Source: Octopus bimaculoides (Eukaryota). From it: 64,000 nt of DNA. The position numbers and the translations under genes were made by a program. The stretch lies in contig NC_068986.1 in the NCBI RefSeq assembly GCF_001194135.2, forward strand, positions 91,919,189 through 91,983,188, given 5' to 3'. The stretch's first letter is position 1. Each line of letters starts with the position of its first letter. Below, piece after piece: positions 1 through 12,609 of this stretch. The notes below the pieces were generated by a model, which was not told the origin of the DNA, did not search any database, and saw nothing but the letters and a program-made list of their open reading frames with translations.

Positions 1-11
1 TACATACATAC

Positions 12-827
12 AGGGTGTAGTGAATGAATAGTTGTCTAAATTATGCAAAAATAAAACTAAGAATGACATCTCATTAAAGAGTAAATTTATTCATTAAAGT
101 CGCCATTGGCTTCTACCACAGCCTCCAGACGACTTCGGAATCTCCTGCAACTCTTCTGAACAGTCTCCTCATTTAAGCTGGTGAATGCTGTCATAATCCT
201 TGCCTTCAGTTCATCTCTTGTATTTCAACGAGTTTTGTTGGTCTCTCACTCAACTGCACCCCACACATAATAATCAAAGGTGTAGCAGTTTGGGGAGTTA
301 GGTGGCCAGATGTTAGGGGTGATGAGGTTGCAGAAATTGTCTGACAGCCATGACTGGGTTCTCCTGTTTGTGTGGCATGGTGCAGAGTCCTGTTGCCAGA
401 CATAGGGTCTTCTAGCAGCCACCGTCTTCACCCAGGGCAGCACTACCTCCTCCAAGCACTTGATGTAGGCCTCTGTGTTGAGTCTGAGGCTGTGTGGGAA
501 GATGAATGGAGGCATAACGACACCATCACTAATGATCACTCCAAACACCATGATGTTGACTGGATGTTTGATTTTTATCCTCAGTACATGTCTTCAGATT
601 GCACTGTCCTCAGATTGACACCCAAACACTCTGAAATGTTCATAGTGGAGATTCCGGCATGAATGCCAAGCAGTACAGCATGTCGTTTCCAAATTTGGTG
701 TTGTTTTTCTCACAGATGGTACCCTACTGACCCCACTATACTGTGTAGTTAACAAAGTCAAAAACAAACAATACACATGCGTGAAATAAAAAATATAAAA
801 TGGCGACAATTTACCCATCACATCCTG
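12..827 (-). mobile_element. Internally deleted Tc1/mariner element, DD37D (maT-like) transposase remnant
   Basis: ORF 246-551(-) reads ...WQQDSAPCH...WPPNSPNCYTFDYYVWG, with 37 residues between the 2nd and 3rd catalytic D. Ends are TA-CAGGGTG (10-18) and CATCCTG-TA (821-829). A related copy lies at 46598-47458. Confidence 0.85.
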
Positions 828-2199
828 TATGTGTGTGTGTGTGTATATATGTATATATACATATATACAATTATCATATAATGTCCATGCTCCATGTTGG
901 CATAGGTTGGATAGGCTGACAAGATCTGATGTATCCAAGGGTTGCATCACACTCCAGTGTTTGCTTGGGCATGGTTTCTATGACTGGATGCCCTTCCTAA
1001 CACTAACCACTTTACAGAGTATGGTGGGTGCATTTTTTGTGCCACCAGCACTATAGGGGTCACCATGCAGCTTGCATGACTATGAACTTTGAGGAGGGTT
1101 GGGGTCAGCTTTATGCTAAAGGAGATGAGAGGCTAAAGCATACGAGAGAGGGCAATCAGAGACAGTTCTTGTAAAAGGTCTGCATAGCTACTCACATTTA
1201 GTTGGAAAAGGGGCAAAAGAGAAAAGGGAAATGATGAGTAGGGGCTGCAAAAAGGCAGACAGTGGCAATGAGGTACTCAGGTGGCCCCCTCAAGGTACAA
1301 GGCAAGTAGAAGTAGGTGTGTGCTTTGCAAGATTTATGAGGAGCAGGAATTGAGGGCATAGGGAGGCAAGCAGAAACTAATAAAATTGGGTAGGGTTGGA
1401 GCGTGAATGATACATGAGCCATGAGCTGGGTGTCACATGTCAGATGTTGAAATGATTGCAGAGCAACATGAAATGAAGTGTTTGCCCAAGAACACAACGC
1501 AACACCCGGTATGGGAATCGACCCATGATCTTGCAATTGTAAGTGCAACGTCTTAACCCCTAAGCCATGTGCCTTCACACTCAACCATATATATATNNNN
1601 NNNNNNNNNNNNNNNNNNNNNNNNNNNNNNNNNNNNNNNNNNNNNNNNNNNNNNNNNNNNNNNNNNNNNNNNNNNNNNNNNNNNNNNNNNNNNNNNNNNN
1701 NNNNNNNNNNNNNNNNNNNNNNNNNNNNNNNNNNNNNNNNNNNNNNNNNNNNNNNNNNNNNNNNNNNNNNNNNNNNNNNNNNNNNNNNNNNNNNNNNNNN
1801 NNNNNNNNNNNNNNNNNNNNNNNNNNNNNNNNNNNNNNNNNNNNNNNNNNNNNNNNNNNNNNNNNNNNNNNNNNNNNNNNNNNNNNNNNNNNNNNNNNNN
1901 NNNNNNNNNNNNNNNNNNNNNNNNNNNNNNNNNNNNNNNNNNNNNNNNNNNNNNNNNNNNNNNNNNNNNNNNNNNNNNNNNNNNNNNNNNNNNNNNNNNN
2001 NNNNNNNNNNNNNNNNNNNNNNNNNNNNNNNNNNNNNNNNNNNNNNNNNNNNNNNNNNNNNNNNNNNNNNNNNNNNATATATATATATATATATACATAT
2101 ATACACATAATAAATATGCATATGTAAGTTGTGTTTGGTGGTTACAAACATGTATACACATGTAAAAGACATAGGTCAAGGCTTCCTGTGTGTACCTTA

Positions 2200-3260
2200 A
2201 CACCAGCTTAGACACACGTCTGAACAAATTCCATAATCACAGAAAGCTTTTGTCCCTTTTTATTACATTACTCTTTAATTTTTTTTTTTTTGCTACTTGT
2301 TATTAATTTCTTTCCATTCTTCCTGCCTTCCGCCATTTCTTTGTAGTCCTTTTCACATTCATACTTTCTTCCTTTTCTTTTTCATTCATTCTCTGCTTTC
2401 CCTTTCTTTTCTTTCAAGATCTTCATCTTCTTTAGGTGACGAGCTGGCAGAATCCTAAATATCCCAAGGAAAATGCTGAGCAGCATTTCATCTGTCTCTA
2501 TGTTCTCAGTTCAAATTCTGCCAAGTTCAACTTTGCCTTTCATCCTTTCAGGGTTGATAAAATAAGTACCAGTTGAGCAATGGGGGGGGGGTCAATGTAA
2601 CTGACTAGTCCCCTTTCCCCGAAATTGCTGGCCTTGTGCCAAAATTTGGAATCAATATTTTCATCTTTCTCTTGTTTTCCAAATTTTTATACTTTCTCAT
2701 CCTCTCTTTAATTTCTTTTTTCTTTTTCTCTATAACTCGTTCCTCTCCTTCTTTTCCTCTACTTTTTCTTTTATATCTTTCAATATTTGTGTGTATCTCT
2801 TTCTTTACATTCTTTCATATCCTTCCTACTCTCTTTCTCATTCATTCTTTCTTTCTTTCTACTGTTCTTTCTTTCATTTTCTCTTTTTCCGTTCTTTCTG
2901 TTTTTGCTTTCTTTCATTCTTTCTTTTGTCCTTTTGTGCTTTCTTCTTTATTTTGTATTTTTCTTTTTTTTTTCCTTCCTTTCTTCACTTCTTTCTTTCT
3001 TTCTTTGCCTTGCAGCATTTGCCTGCTATTCTATATTCTGAGTTCAAATCATGCTGTGGTCACTTTTACTTTTCATCTCCCCAGAGTCAATAAAATAAAG
3101 TACCAGTTGAGTACTCCAGTGTCGATATAACTGACTAATATTTACCCTGGTTTGAGCCTAAATCAGAAAACATCAAGTTCTTTCTTTCTTTCCTTTTCCC
3201 ATTTCTGTTTCCCTCTTTCTTTCTCCCCTTCTCTCTTTCCCCATTTTTTTCATTTTCTCT
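2200..3260. repeat. Pyrimidine-rich (CT/TTC) low-complexity tract with embedded SINE fragments
   Basis: Runs of T/C on the + strand; the F/L/S-rich ORFs at 2636-3130 are compositional artefacts. Confidence 0.8.
2434..2660 (+). mobile_element. SINE family S2 (GGCGAGCTGGCAG...GAGTTCAAATTC head)
   Basis: Homologous to many copies in the window (10632, 10866, 18319, 20026, 24783, 32385, 39890); B-box-like GAGTTCAAAT. Confidence 0.75.
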
Positions 3261-4103
3261 AACCTTTTTATCTATGTTTTTATACAGACATACTAAATTC
3301 AAAGATTTCTTGAATATTTTCTATACATTATGTCTTTCCATAGTCAATAAAATAGATAGCTAAACAGATGGCTAGATAGATAGAATGATAGATAGATAGA
3401 CAGACAGACATATAGATAGATAGATAGATAGATAGATAGTAGTAGTAGTGGTGGTGGGGGTAGTACCAGCTGCAGTAGTTGTAGTGGATTGAGCTTACTT
3501 TTTATCCTTCTAGGATTGATAATTTATTAGTACAAGTTATACTCTGTGTGTGTGTGCGTGAACATACATGACTATTCTTCCGTTATTGCTGGCTTTGTAT
3601 CTAAGTAAAACAAAAAGAAAACGATCAATACTATTGTTGTTACATTAATTTAGTAGTACTCTTAACAAAATGTATTTAGTTACCTCCCTTTACATTCTGA
3701 CTTCAAACTCCATGAAGTAAACAGGTCTTTGATTCTTCCAAGATTTATAAAATAGGTACCTGTAGGATTGGTATGACACGTTTCGGCACAGCCATTTTGG
3801 CGCTGCCTATTTGCTGTTACTCGTTCGATGCTGATTTATTTGACATCAGACACTTTAATATTTTTCTCGTTCCATCTCTCTCCCAGTCTTACTCGCACCC
3901 TCTCTGTTTATGATGTGAGCATCTAGTTACATTTGTATGGACGTGTAATAGCTCTCATTCTCTCTGACTGTATGTTTATATTTTTGTGTGTATGTTTGCC
4001 TCCATCGAACATCCAGTCAGCTGTGCCAAATCATCAGCATCATCCAAACAGCTTTACCCAATTGTCTCATTCTACAATGAACCACAACTGCTGCTGGATT
4101 TCT

Positions 4104-4423
4104 TGTTGTTGGCACTCCGTCGCTTCAGACGTCGAGGGTTCCAGTTGATCCGATCAACGGAACAGCCTGCTCGTGAAATTAACGTGCAAGTGGCTGAGCA
4201 TTCCACAAGCACGTGTACCCTTAACGTAGTTCTCTGGGATATTTAGCGTGACACATTGTGACAAGGCTGACCCTTTGAATTACAGGCACAACAGAAACAG
4301 GAAGTAAGAGTGAGAGAAAGTCGTGGTGAAAGAGTACAGCAGGGTTCGCCACCATTCCCTGCTGGAGCCTTGTGGAACTTTAGGTGTTTTCGCTCAATAA
4401 ACACTCACAACGCCCGGTCTGGG
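4104..4423 (-). mobile_element. SINE family S3 (tRNA-derived), 5' end lost
   Basis: Reverse complement of the body of the copies at 29274 and 57136. Confidence 0.8.
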
Positions 4424-5373
4424 CTACTGGATAATATAAACTTAAATATACAACCACTTAACATGTTTTGACCTTTTGAGATCCANNNNNNNNNNNNNNN
4501 NNNNNNNNNNNNNNNNNNNNNNNNNNNNNNNNNNNNNNNNNNNNNNNNNNNNNNNNNNNNNNNNNNNNNNNNNNNNNNNNNNNNNNNNNNNNNNNNNNNN
4601 NNNNNNNNNNNNNNNNNNNNNNNNNNNNNNNNNNNNNNNNNNNNNNNNNNNNNNNNNNNNNNNNNNNNNNNNNNNNNNNNNNNNNNNNNNNNNNNNNNNN
4701 NNNNNNNNNNNNNNNNNNNNNNNNNNNNNNNNNNNNNNNNNNNNNNNNNNNNNNNNNNNNNNNNNNNNNNNNNNNNNNNNNNNNNNNNNNNNNNNNNNNN
4801 NNNNNNNNNNNNNNNNNNNNNNNNNNNNNNNNNNNNNNNNNNNNNNNNNNNNNNNNNNNNNNNNNNNNNNNNNNNNNNNNNNNNNNNNNNNNNNNNNNNN
4901 NNNNNNNNNNNNNNNNNNNNNNNNNNNNNNNNNNNNNNNNNNNNNNNNNNNNNNNNNNNNNNNNNNNNNNNNNNNNNNNNNNNNNNNNNNNNNNNNNNNN
5001 NNNNNNNNNNNNNNNNNNNNNNNNNNNNNNNNNNNGGGGGGGGGGGAGCACAAAAACAACTACTACTACTGCTACTAGAGACCATTTGTGTTATTCTTTC
5101 CAAGTTAATTAATATTGATGCAAATTATTACTCTCTCCTTTAACAGAGTCCACTCTGTTGTAAGTCAGGCCACATCTCCAGTGAAAATATATCATCCTCC
5201 TTCCCTTCCAATAATCACGGAGGCGATGTAAAGGACCATGGGCATTGGCATACACTCTGAAAAAGAAATTTCATTACTTTCCATGTCTGGAGGAAGGACC
5301 AGTGCCCATAGTCACTGCAGGCCCCCAGAGACCAGATAAATTGGTACCATTAATGTTAACATACCACTTAAAC

Positions 5374-5701
5374 CAGGTGTTCTCAACCATTTTTTATCTA
5401 TAGATCCCTACTTTATATGGGTGGACCCCCATAGCCATTCAATGTTTAAAAACTAGTTTTTGAGAAACTTCTTTCAAGATTTCTATTTTTGTTTTTCACA
5501 CATTAACTTGTGGAGATTGAACTATGTAAAATGTTCAGGAAACAAACCTAACGGTTTCTTGCAATACATACATATAAAGCATAATTTTTTCAGGAGACCT
5601 TAAAATACCATTGTGGATCCCCGATTTACTATTTTATGTGGAACCCCGAAAATCTTATATGGACCCTCAGGGTTCATATGGCTCCTGGTTGAGAACTGCT
5701 G
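5374..5701. mobile_element. hAT (Charlie-like) MITE
   Basis: TIRs CAGGTGTTCTCAACC / GGTTGAGAACTGCTG; 8-bp TSD ACTTAAAC / GCTTAAAC (7/8). Interior is homologous to 27242-27737. Confidence 0.8.
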
Positions 5702-6049
5702 GCTTAAACAGTTGTAAGTTGACATCTGTGAGAAAGATATGGGCATAGTGGAAATTCCAAAGGTTCAACGTTCTGAGAAGTGCTGGGCGTAGGGGTTAGT
5801 GCAGAACATCGGACTTTGTCCCATTCCCTTGCGCATGTCGATTTACAACTACTCANNNNNNNNNNNNNNNNNNNNNNNNNNNNNNNNNNNNNNNNNNNNN
5901 NNNNNNNNNNNNNNNNNNNNNNNNNNNNNNNNNNNNNNNNNNNNNNNNNNNNNNNNNNNNNNNNNNNACGTACATATCAGTGAAAGACATACATAGGAGA
6001 AAAAAAGAACATTGGGGCTGTACTGAGGCGTCCGACAAAAATATCGGCT

Positions 6050-6245
6050 ATCTTTCGTTTTGATTACATTTTACGTCATTTCTAATCCACGTGCGTTTGT
6101 TTATGTTTCCGTAAAAGGATTTTAGGGTTAGGGTTATGTAACCCTAACCCTAAAACCCTTTTACGGAAAGTGACGATCTTATTTAGAAACATAAACAAAC
6201 GCACGTGGATTAGAAATGACGTAAAATGTAATCAAAACGAAAGAT
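6050..6245. repeat. Near-perfect palindrome with central head-to-head telomeric repeats
   Basis: 6050-6109 is the exact reverse complement of 6186-6245 (60 bp). The inner hairpin 6106-6136 / 6139-6169 has 1 mismatch and contains TTTTAGGGTTAGGGTTA-TG-TAACCCTAACCCTAAAA. Confidence 0.95.
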
Positions 6246-6665
6246 CGCCAAAATATCTTGAGAGGTTCGTTCCCAGTGATTTGTACAAACAATCCCTTGG
6301 CAATACTGTAACGATGCTATTATTCACAAAGTGAACACGTGCACACACACAAACTTTATTCATGATATAAGGGAGGTAACTTTCATGTCCTTCCAGCCGT
6401 TTCCAACAGAAAAGAGTTTCTTTTCCAAGGGACGTAATTAACACAACTCAATAATTTGGAGAAGACATTTCAGACGTGTTGGCAGATAAAATTATATTTC
6501 ACTGTGTACCATAGAATATATATATATGCATATATCTGTATCTAAATAACTGGATATTTACGAGTATATACATTTATATATGCATATTTAAAGTAAATTT
6601 ATTAATATCTATATATATATTTCTGTATTTCCTCATCTGTGGATTATTAAACAACTGCGAAGGCC

Positions 6666-7097
6666 ATGTCTGGGAGTTATTACTTCGCTATCGTGGGGCA
6701 CCACGACAATCCAATATTCGAAATGGAAACCTGCCCGCCCAATCACAAGAACCACGACCTGAAGAAGGACGACCACCGACACTTGAACCAGTTCATAGCT
6801 CACGCCGCTTTGGACCTGGTCGACGAACAGATGTGGACGACGAATAACATGTATCTGAAAATTGGAGATAAATTTAACGAATGGTTCGTCTCGTCTTTCG
6901 TGACAGCCAGTCGCATCCGATTCATTATGTTACACGACGTAAAACACGAGGACGGCATCAAGAATTTCTTTACGGACGTCTACGAGATTTACATCAAACA
7001 CACATTGAATCCTTTCTATGAGATCAATACACCCATCAAGTCGCCTGTCTTCGAAAGGAAATGCCATTTCTTTGCAAGGAAATACCTTTCCGGATGA
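6666..7097 (+). CDS. TRAPPC2: Trafficking protein particle complex subunit 2 (sedlin/Trs20), single coding exon, 143 aa
   Basis: Full-length ORF with sedlin motifs [44 protein letters not shown] and NPFY, recognisable against human TRAPPC2. GGCC-ATG start, TGA stop. Confidence 0.97.
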   Translation: MSGSYYFAIVGHHDNPIFEMETCPPNHKNHDLKKDDHRHLNQFIAHAALDLVDEQMWTTNNMYLKIGDKFNEWFVSSFVTASRIRFIMLHDVKHEDGIKNFFTDVYEIYIKHTLNPFYEINTPIKSPVFERKCHFFARKYLSG

Positions 7098-7602
7098 TGA
7101 AGCGAATGGCTTTGTTTTCATAAATTTAGACTGTTGTTTGTTATGTATGGATGTATGTGTATCGAGTTATGTTTGTGTGATGCGATGAATATGTTTATAT
7201 ATTCCTGCCCTAACTCTTCGAAACACCAGTGTTAGAATGGGGGCAGCTGATGAAGGAAATGTTTTCTATGTAGCCTGTGTGTTTTCTGTACTCTGTTTAT
7301 CATTTTGTCCACGTTTTGTTTGCAACGTCCTGTACCCAGATATGCATCTATATATACAAGTAGATGTAGGTATGTACATACATGTATGTATATATGCATA
7401 TACTCATTTATTATTTGTAATGTATGTATTATCTGGGTGTGTTTGTGTGTTGCGATGAGTGACGGACGATTGTGCTTATATGTATCTGATAATAATATTT
7501 GTTAATTGTATAAACTAGTCACTGTTATATATGGATTATACGTTCGAAGCTGATGGTTCATTCCATTGGTACTCCAAGTTTGTGGTAAAGAAATTTCGAG
7601 CG

Positions 7603-7612
7603 AATAAATAAA
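7603..7612 (+). promoter_or_regulatory. Candidate polyadenylation signal for TRAPPC2 (overlapping AATAAA x2)
   Basis: AATAAATAAA about 500 nt after the stop codon; motif only, in an AT-rich context. Confidence 0.3.
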
Positions 7613-8056
7613 CTCTACTAATCTTTCACCCATTGATACATTCAAATATATGTATGCGTTTGTTCCTATTGTTTTTTTTTCTCTGGCTTACGAATTATTA
7701 AACGACTATATGTGTATGTGTGTGTATATACGTACTGCGTGACCGTCCCGCCGTCAATTAGAGACAACGATTTACGTACTTTATATTGATCAGATAAGAG
7801 AAGTGAAGTGAGAAGAATAATTGTTTGTTCCATTCGTTGACGTATACCTTGTGTGAATGTTTAACAAGAGAAGTGAAACTTGTAATGCGTAATGTGGCTC
7901 TATTCGGTGTGGGCAGTAAACACCCTCTGAGTCAATCTGGAGCAAAGAAGTATAATGTACGGCAGAAAGGTTGCCCCGATTTCGAAGGTTAATAAAAAAC
8001 AAACGCATGGAAAATACATGAAAAAACTTTGTATTTCTATGAAGTTCATTAGGTCC

Positions 8057-8550
8057 AGATGGACTATATGTAATCTGAATCTTTCCCCCCTTGTTTTATT
8101 TTTTTTTTTTTACGGAATCCCACGTTTTAGGCTATGGAGATTCCGATTCTGAAAAAATATTTNNNNNNNNNNNNNNNNNNNNNNNNNNNNNNNNNNNNNN
8201 NNNNNNNNNNNNNNNNNNNNNNNNNNNNNNNNNNNNNNNNNNNNNNNNNNNNNNNNNNNNNNNNNNNNNNNNNNNNNNNNNNNNNNNNNNNNNNNNNNNN
8301 NNNNNNNNNNNNNNNNNNNNNNNNNNNNNNNNNNNNNNNNNNNNNNNNNNNNNNNNNNNNNNNNNNNNNNNNNNNNNNNNNNNNNNNNNNNNNNNNNNNN
8401 NNNNNNNNNNNNNNNNNNNNNNNNNNNNNNNNNNNNNNNNNNNNNNNNNNNNNNNNNNNNNNNNNNNNNNNNNNNNNNNNNNNNNNNNNNNNNNNNNNNN
8501 NNNNNNNNNNNNNNNNNNGGGGGGGGGTTCAGATTACATATAGTCCATCT
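8057..8550. mobile_element. TIR element spanning an assembly gap
   Basis: The 23-bp AGATGGACTATATGTAATCTGAA (8057-8079) is perfectly inverted at 8528-8550, with a C-run and a G-run just inside the respective ends. Confidence 0.65.
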
Positions 8551-10631
8551 CTACCGTTCATTAAATGCCAGAGACTTGTACAGCTGGACGAAGACAACAG
8601 GGGTGATGAAGTCTAATGATCGTTGGATGACCCCAAGGATTCGATTTGCTTTTGCACTTCATCTAACAAGGAAAACTACCCTGGTTTATCCTTTACTTGA
8701 GGTAACAATGTAGCATTGTTGTGTTAGCGCCAGATCAGTCCCTGGTTAGGCTAAACATGATTAGAGCCTAAAGGAACAATTTGGCAAGGGAAAATCAAAT
8801 TACTTTTATATTCAAGGAGATGTAGTGACTCTCAAACTTCATGTGGGTAGTGAGTCTAATTTTTCTCTCATCTGGGAGAAGCTTGACGGATTGTCTCAAT
8901 CACCTCAATGGCTCTTCTAGCTGCAGTCCATTGTACTTATGATGAAAAACATTTCAGATGTAGTATTCCCCTTATTATTTTTTTTCAAGACAATGGGTCG
9001 TGATTGATGGAATATTCGGGGCTGCTGTTTTTATAAGGACAAGTTAGCATGTTGAATAAGCATATCAAAGTGAGTGAGCAAGTTATACTTATGTGTGTTT
9101 TTGTGTATATTTAAATGTTGGTTTCACACTTGTGAATTGCAGTTAATCAAAAAAAAAAAAAAAAAGGACTCAATACTGTAAGATAGAGCGGAATGGCATT
9201 AATTATTCAAAGCTCAATCTGCATGAGTCAACTAATTAATTACTAATTCCAGGTCTTTTATAATAATAATGTATGTGTGTGTGTGTGTACGCATACATGT
9301 TCCTTGTGTATGTGATTTTTTTTTTTTTTGTGTTAAATCATTCCAAGATGTTTTTCTTACATTAATTACTATTCTATTCAACTTTGACCCACACACACTT
9401 GTGAAATATCCACTTATTCTCAGAGTCACCATCTGTGAAACAGAGTATTTCATATGCTGCGGACTTAGTGAAAATACTTCACTTAATACAGAGACATTCA
9501 GGAGCACCTCATAAACAGAAGTCCATGGATACTTGTTTATAGATGTTTTGAAAGTACTTACTGTGATAGTTGGGGTTCTTCTATTATTAGGGAAACAATG
9601 AGAGTACCTCCTTTGTTACAGAGACATACATAGTATCTGGTTTTATACAGAAACTGAGAGCAACACATTTTTTTGTTTTTTACAGAGGTACATGGGGTAC
9701 CCACACACAAAATGCAACACTCACATGGGGTACTATACAGATACATTCAACCATATCATACTCGGGTGCTTTAAATGAGGCAGTGTGAATGGGAAGAAAA
9801 ATGAAAACAATACTTTGTAATGTCAATAAATTTTATTTATTTTGAAAATCTGAGGATTTTTTGATAAATTCCTCCTGAAACTTGTAATTAATAAAACTGT
9901 TTATGATGATTGAATACTTTATTGCAGTGTTTAATTCTTTATATCCTGCTGAACTCTTTTATGTCTTTCAGTTTCATCCTTCCAGTGTGATAAAATATGA
10001 ACCAGTGAACTAAAGCGGTTGATTAAAATAGCTACACTCCCTTTTCCCAAACCATGATCTTGTGGTCATATTAGAAATTATTATTGAGTCAGAGAGCAGT
10101 GCATGCCATCAAAGTGACACTGGGGTAAAATATACGAAGCCCAGTATACCCATCATGACTACCTGTCTGATAAGGGTACACCAGGAACATGCATCACAAC
10201 CATATGTGCACAACATGGTGATATCATATCAAGATAAATAGTGCATGACCTTGCAGGTGGGGCCTAATTAGAATTTTCTTCAGGTCGAGTAGCCCATCCT
10301 GCTCAAAAGGTCCCTGAATAAGGTTTGTTTAAGGATGTTGAGCAAAACACCCATGTTTCCAAAGGTGAATTATCCAAACCCCAAAGAATTCCTCTCAACA
10401 CATGGCTATGATGCTCCACCACTACTGCTCGTGATCAGAGATGCACATATCATCAGCGACTAAGGGACATGTTCAGCTGGTTAAGGTCAAACAACTGACA
10501 AGCAAATCTTTTATACCAAGACAAAACAATGTACACAATAACACTTCCAATCAGTTAAGATCAGAAGCCATGACAAGCCACTTCCTGGTACTGCATCAGG
10601 GCATTTATTATTATTATTATTGTTATTGTCA

Positions 10632-11075
10632 AGGTGGTGAGCTGGCAGAATTGTTAGCATGCTGGACAAAATGTTGAGTGGCATTTCGTATGTCTTTATG
10701 TTCTGAGTTCAAATTCTGCCGAGATCAACTTTACCTTTCATCCTTTTGGGGTCGACAAATTAAACACCAGTTGAGTACTAGGCTTGATGTAATCAATTTA
10801 ACCTCTTCCCCAAAATTTCAGGCCTTGTGCCTTTAGTAGAAAGGATTATTATTATTATTATTATCAAGGTGGTGAGCTGACAATCATTAGCACACTGGGC
10901 AAAATGCTTAATGGCATTTTGTCCGCCTGAGTTCAAATTCTGCTGAGGTTGACTCTGCCTTTCATCCTTTTGAGATTGGTAAAATAAGTACCAGTTGAAT
11001 ACTGGGGTTGATGTAATCGACTAGCTCCTTCCCCCAAAATTTCAGGCCTTGTGCCTGTAGCAGAAAGGATTATTA
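10632..11075 (+). mobile_element. Head-to-tail dimer of S2 SINEs joined by (ATT)n
   Basis: Two consecutive S2 copies, each ending in AAAGGATT(ATT)n. Confidence 0.75.
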
Positions 11076-11245
11076 TTATTATTATTATTATTACTATGTT
11101 CCATCCTTGCCAGAGTCAGCTTAGCCTTTTGTCCCTCTGAAGTGGATAAACTAAAACAAGTCAAGTATTAGCAGCAATGTAATCAAGTGACCCACCTGCC
11201 TCACAAAACTTCTGGTCTTGTGGCTATATTAGAAACATTATTTAT

Positions 11246-11577
11246 ATTATTTACATTGGACAGATATGTGTCCTCATCTTGTTTGTTGTTACCACAATGT
11301 TTCGGCTGATTTACTCTCCAGCCTTCATCAGGTGTCTTGGAAGAATTCTGAACCCAACTCTGGGTTCTAATTCCTGAAGTATTTTTTTTGCTTGATATTA
11401 TTATTATTATTTATTCAAGGCACTGCCTGAAAATGATGATAACGTAAGCAAAATTGAGAACACGGTTGAGTTCAAAATTCTACCAGGACACCTGATGAAA
11501 GCTGGAGAGTAAATCAGCCGAAACATTGTGATAACAACAAACAAGATGAAGACACATATCCATCCAATGTAAATAAT
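11246..11577. mobile_element. Penelope-like non-autonomous element with ~100-bp inverted arms carrying hammerhead motifs (copy A)
   Basis: Arms 11246-11347 and 11476-11577 are inverted; each contains GACAC-CTGATGA-A-stem II-GAAAC. Arms and spacer are homologous to 28147-29144. Confidence 0.65.
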
Positions 11578-12609
11578 AATAGATCCTTGGGAAGGATCTA
11601 TTAAGAAACTAGATGATCTCTAGTTTAACTCTGTCTTGAGCTTGAGGACTCATATGGCTGGAGCTAAACCCAGGTTCCATGGCATGTCACTGAGACTGTT
11701 ATACTCTCCCTTGAACAGACATCGGTCTGTTGCAGAGTTAACTTCTCAGCTATTTTTGGAACATGTTTACGGCTGAGTGGACTGAAGCAAAGTGAAATGG
11801 AGTGTTTTGCTTAAGAATACAGCACACTGCTTGGTCCAGGAATTGAAACCTTGATAATATGATCACGAGTGCAATACCTTAAGCACTTGACGACATGCCT
11901 TCCCAAACGACCCTTAGAAGAATTAATATTTTTGGAATTCCTTTAACTTTTACATACTTTCAGAAACATTTTTTCACACTCAGGGTTGCTGAAGCATGGA
12001 ACAAACTACTTGCATCAGCTATTAGTTGCTGAGACATTGCATCCTTTAAAACTTCCATGCTTCCGAAAATTTGCCAACACTACACCTGATATTCCCCCTC
12101 CATATGCAAGCACACATGTATATCTTGACTCATACACTGTTCACTTTCCTGACATTTTTACATAATTCTATATACTATACATGCACCTTTGATGAGTTGT
12201 AGTACACCTGAGCACTATACACAATAATTTCAGCATTATTATTATTATTATATGCTTCAGCAATAAAGCACTCTTCTCATTGATTTAGGATAAAATGTTT
12301 CTGTGAAGCTATCTTGTTATTGATCAAAACCTGTCAAATATTTATGAGCCTTTTCTTAGTTCTCTGGGCTCTAGATTAAGTAACAGACTGCCCCAACTCC
12401 ATTCTCAAAGGTCCTGTTCCAGAGACTAGGCTTCCTCTTCTAAATTGAAAAATATTTCATCTCATTAACTACAAAGTTCAGTGTGACTCACATTGGGAGA
12501 GACCTGCTGCTTCACATACCAACATTTCAGATCATTTCCAGATAAAAGATAATTAAGCTGATAAGAAGTGATTCAACCCTACAGCCACTCTTTCTTCTGC
12601 TACTCAAAT

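Noticed and set aside
6121-6155. Telomeric repeats as a true chromosome end or fusion site
   Set aside because: There are only about two repeats per side, embedded in long non-telomeric inverted arms; kept only as a palindrome finding.
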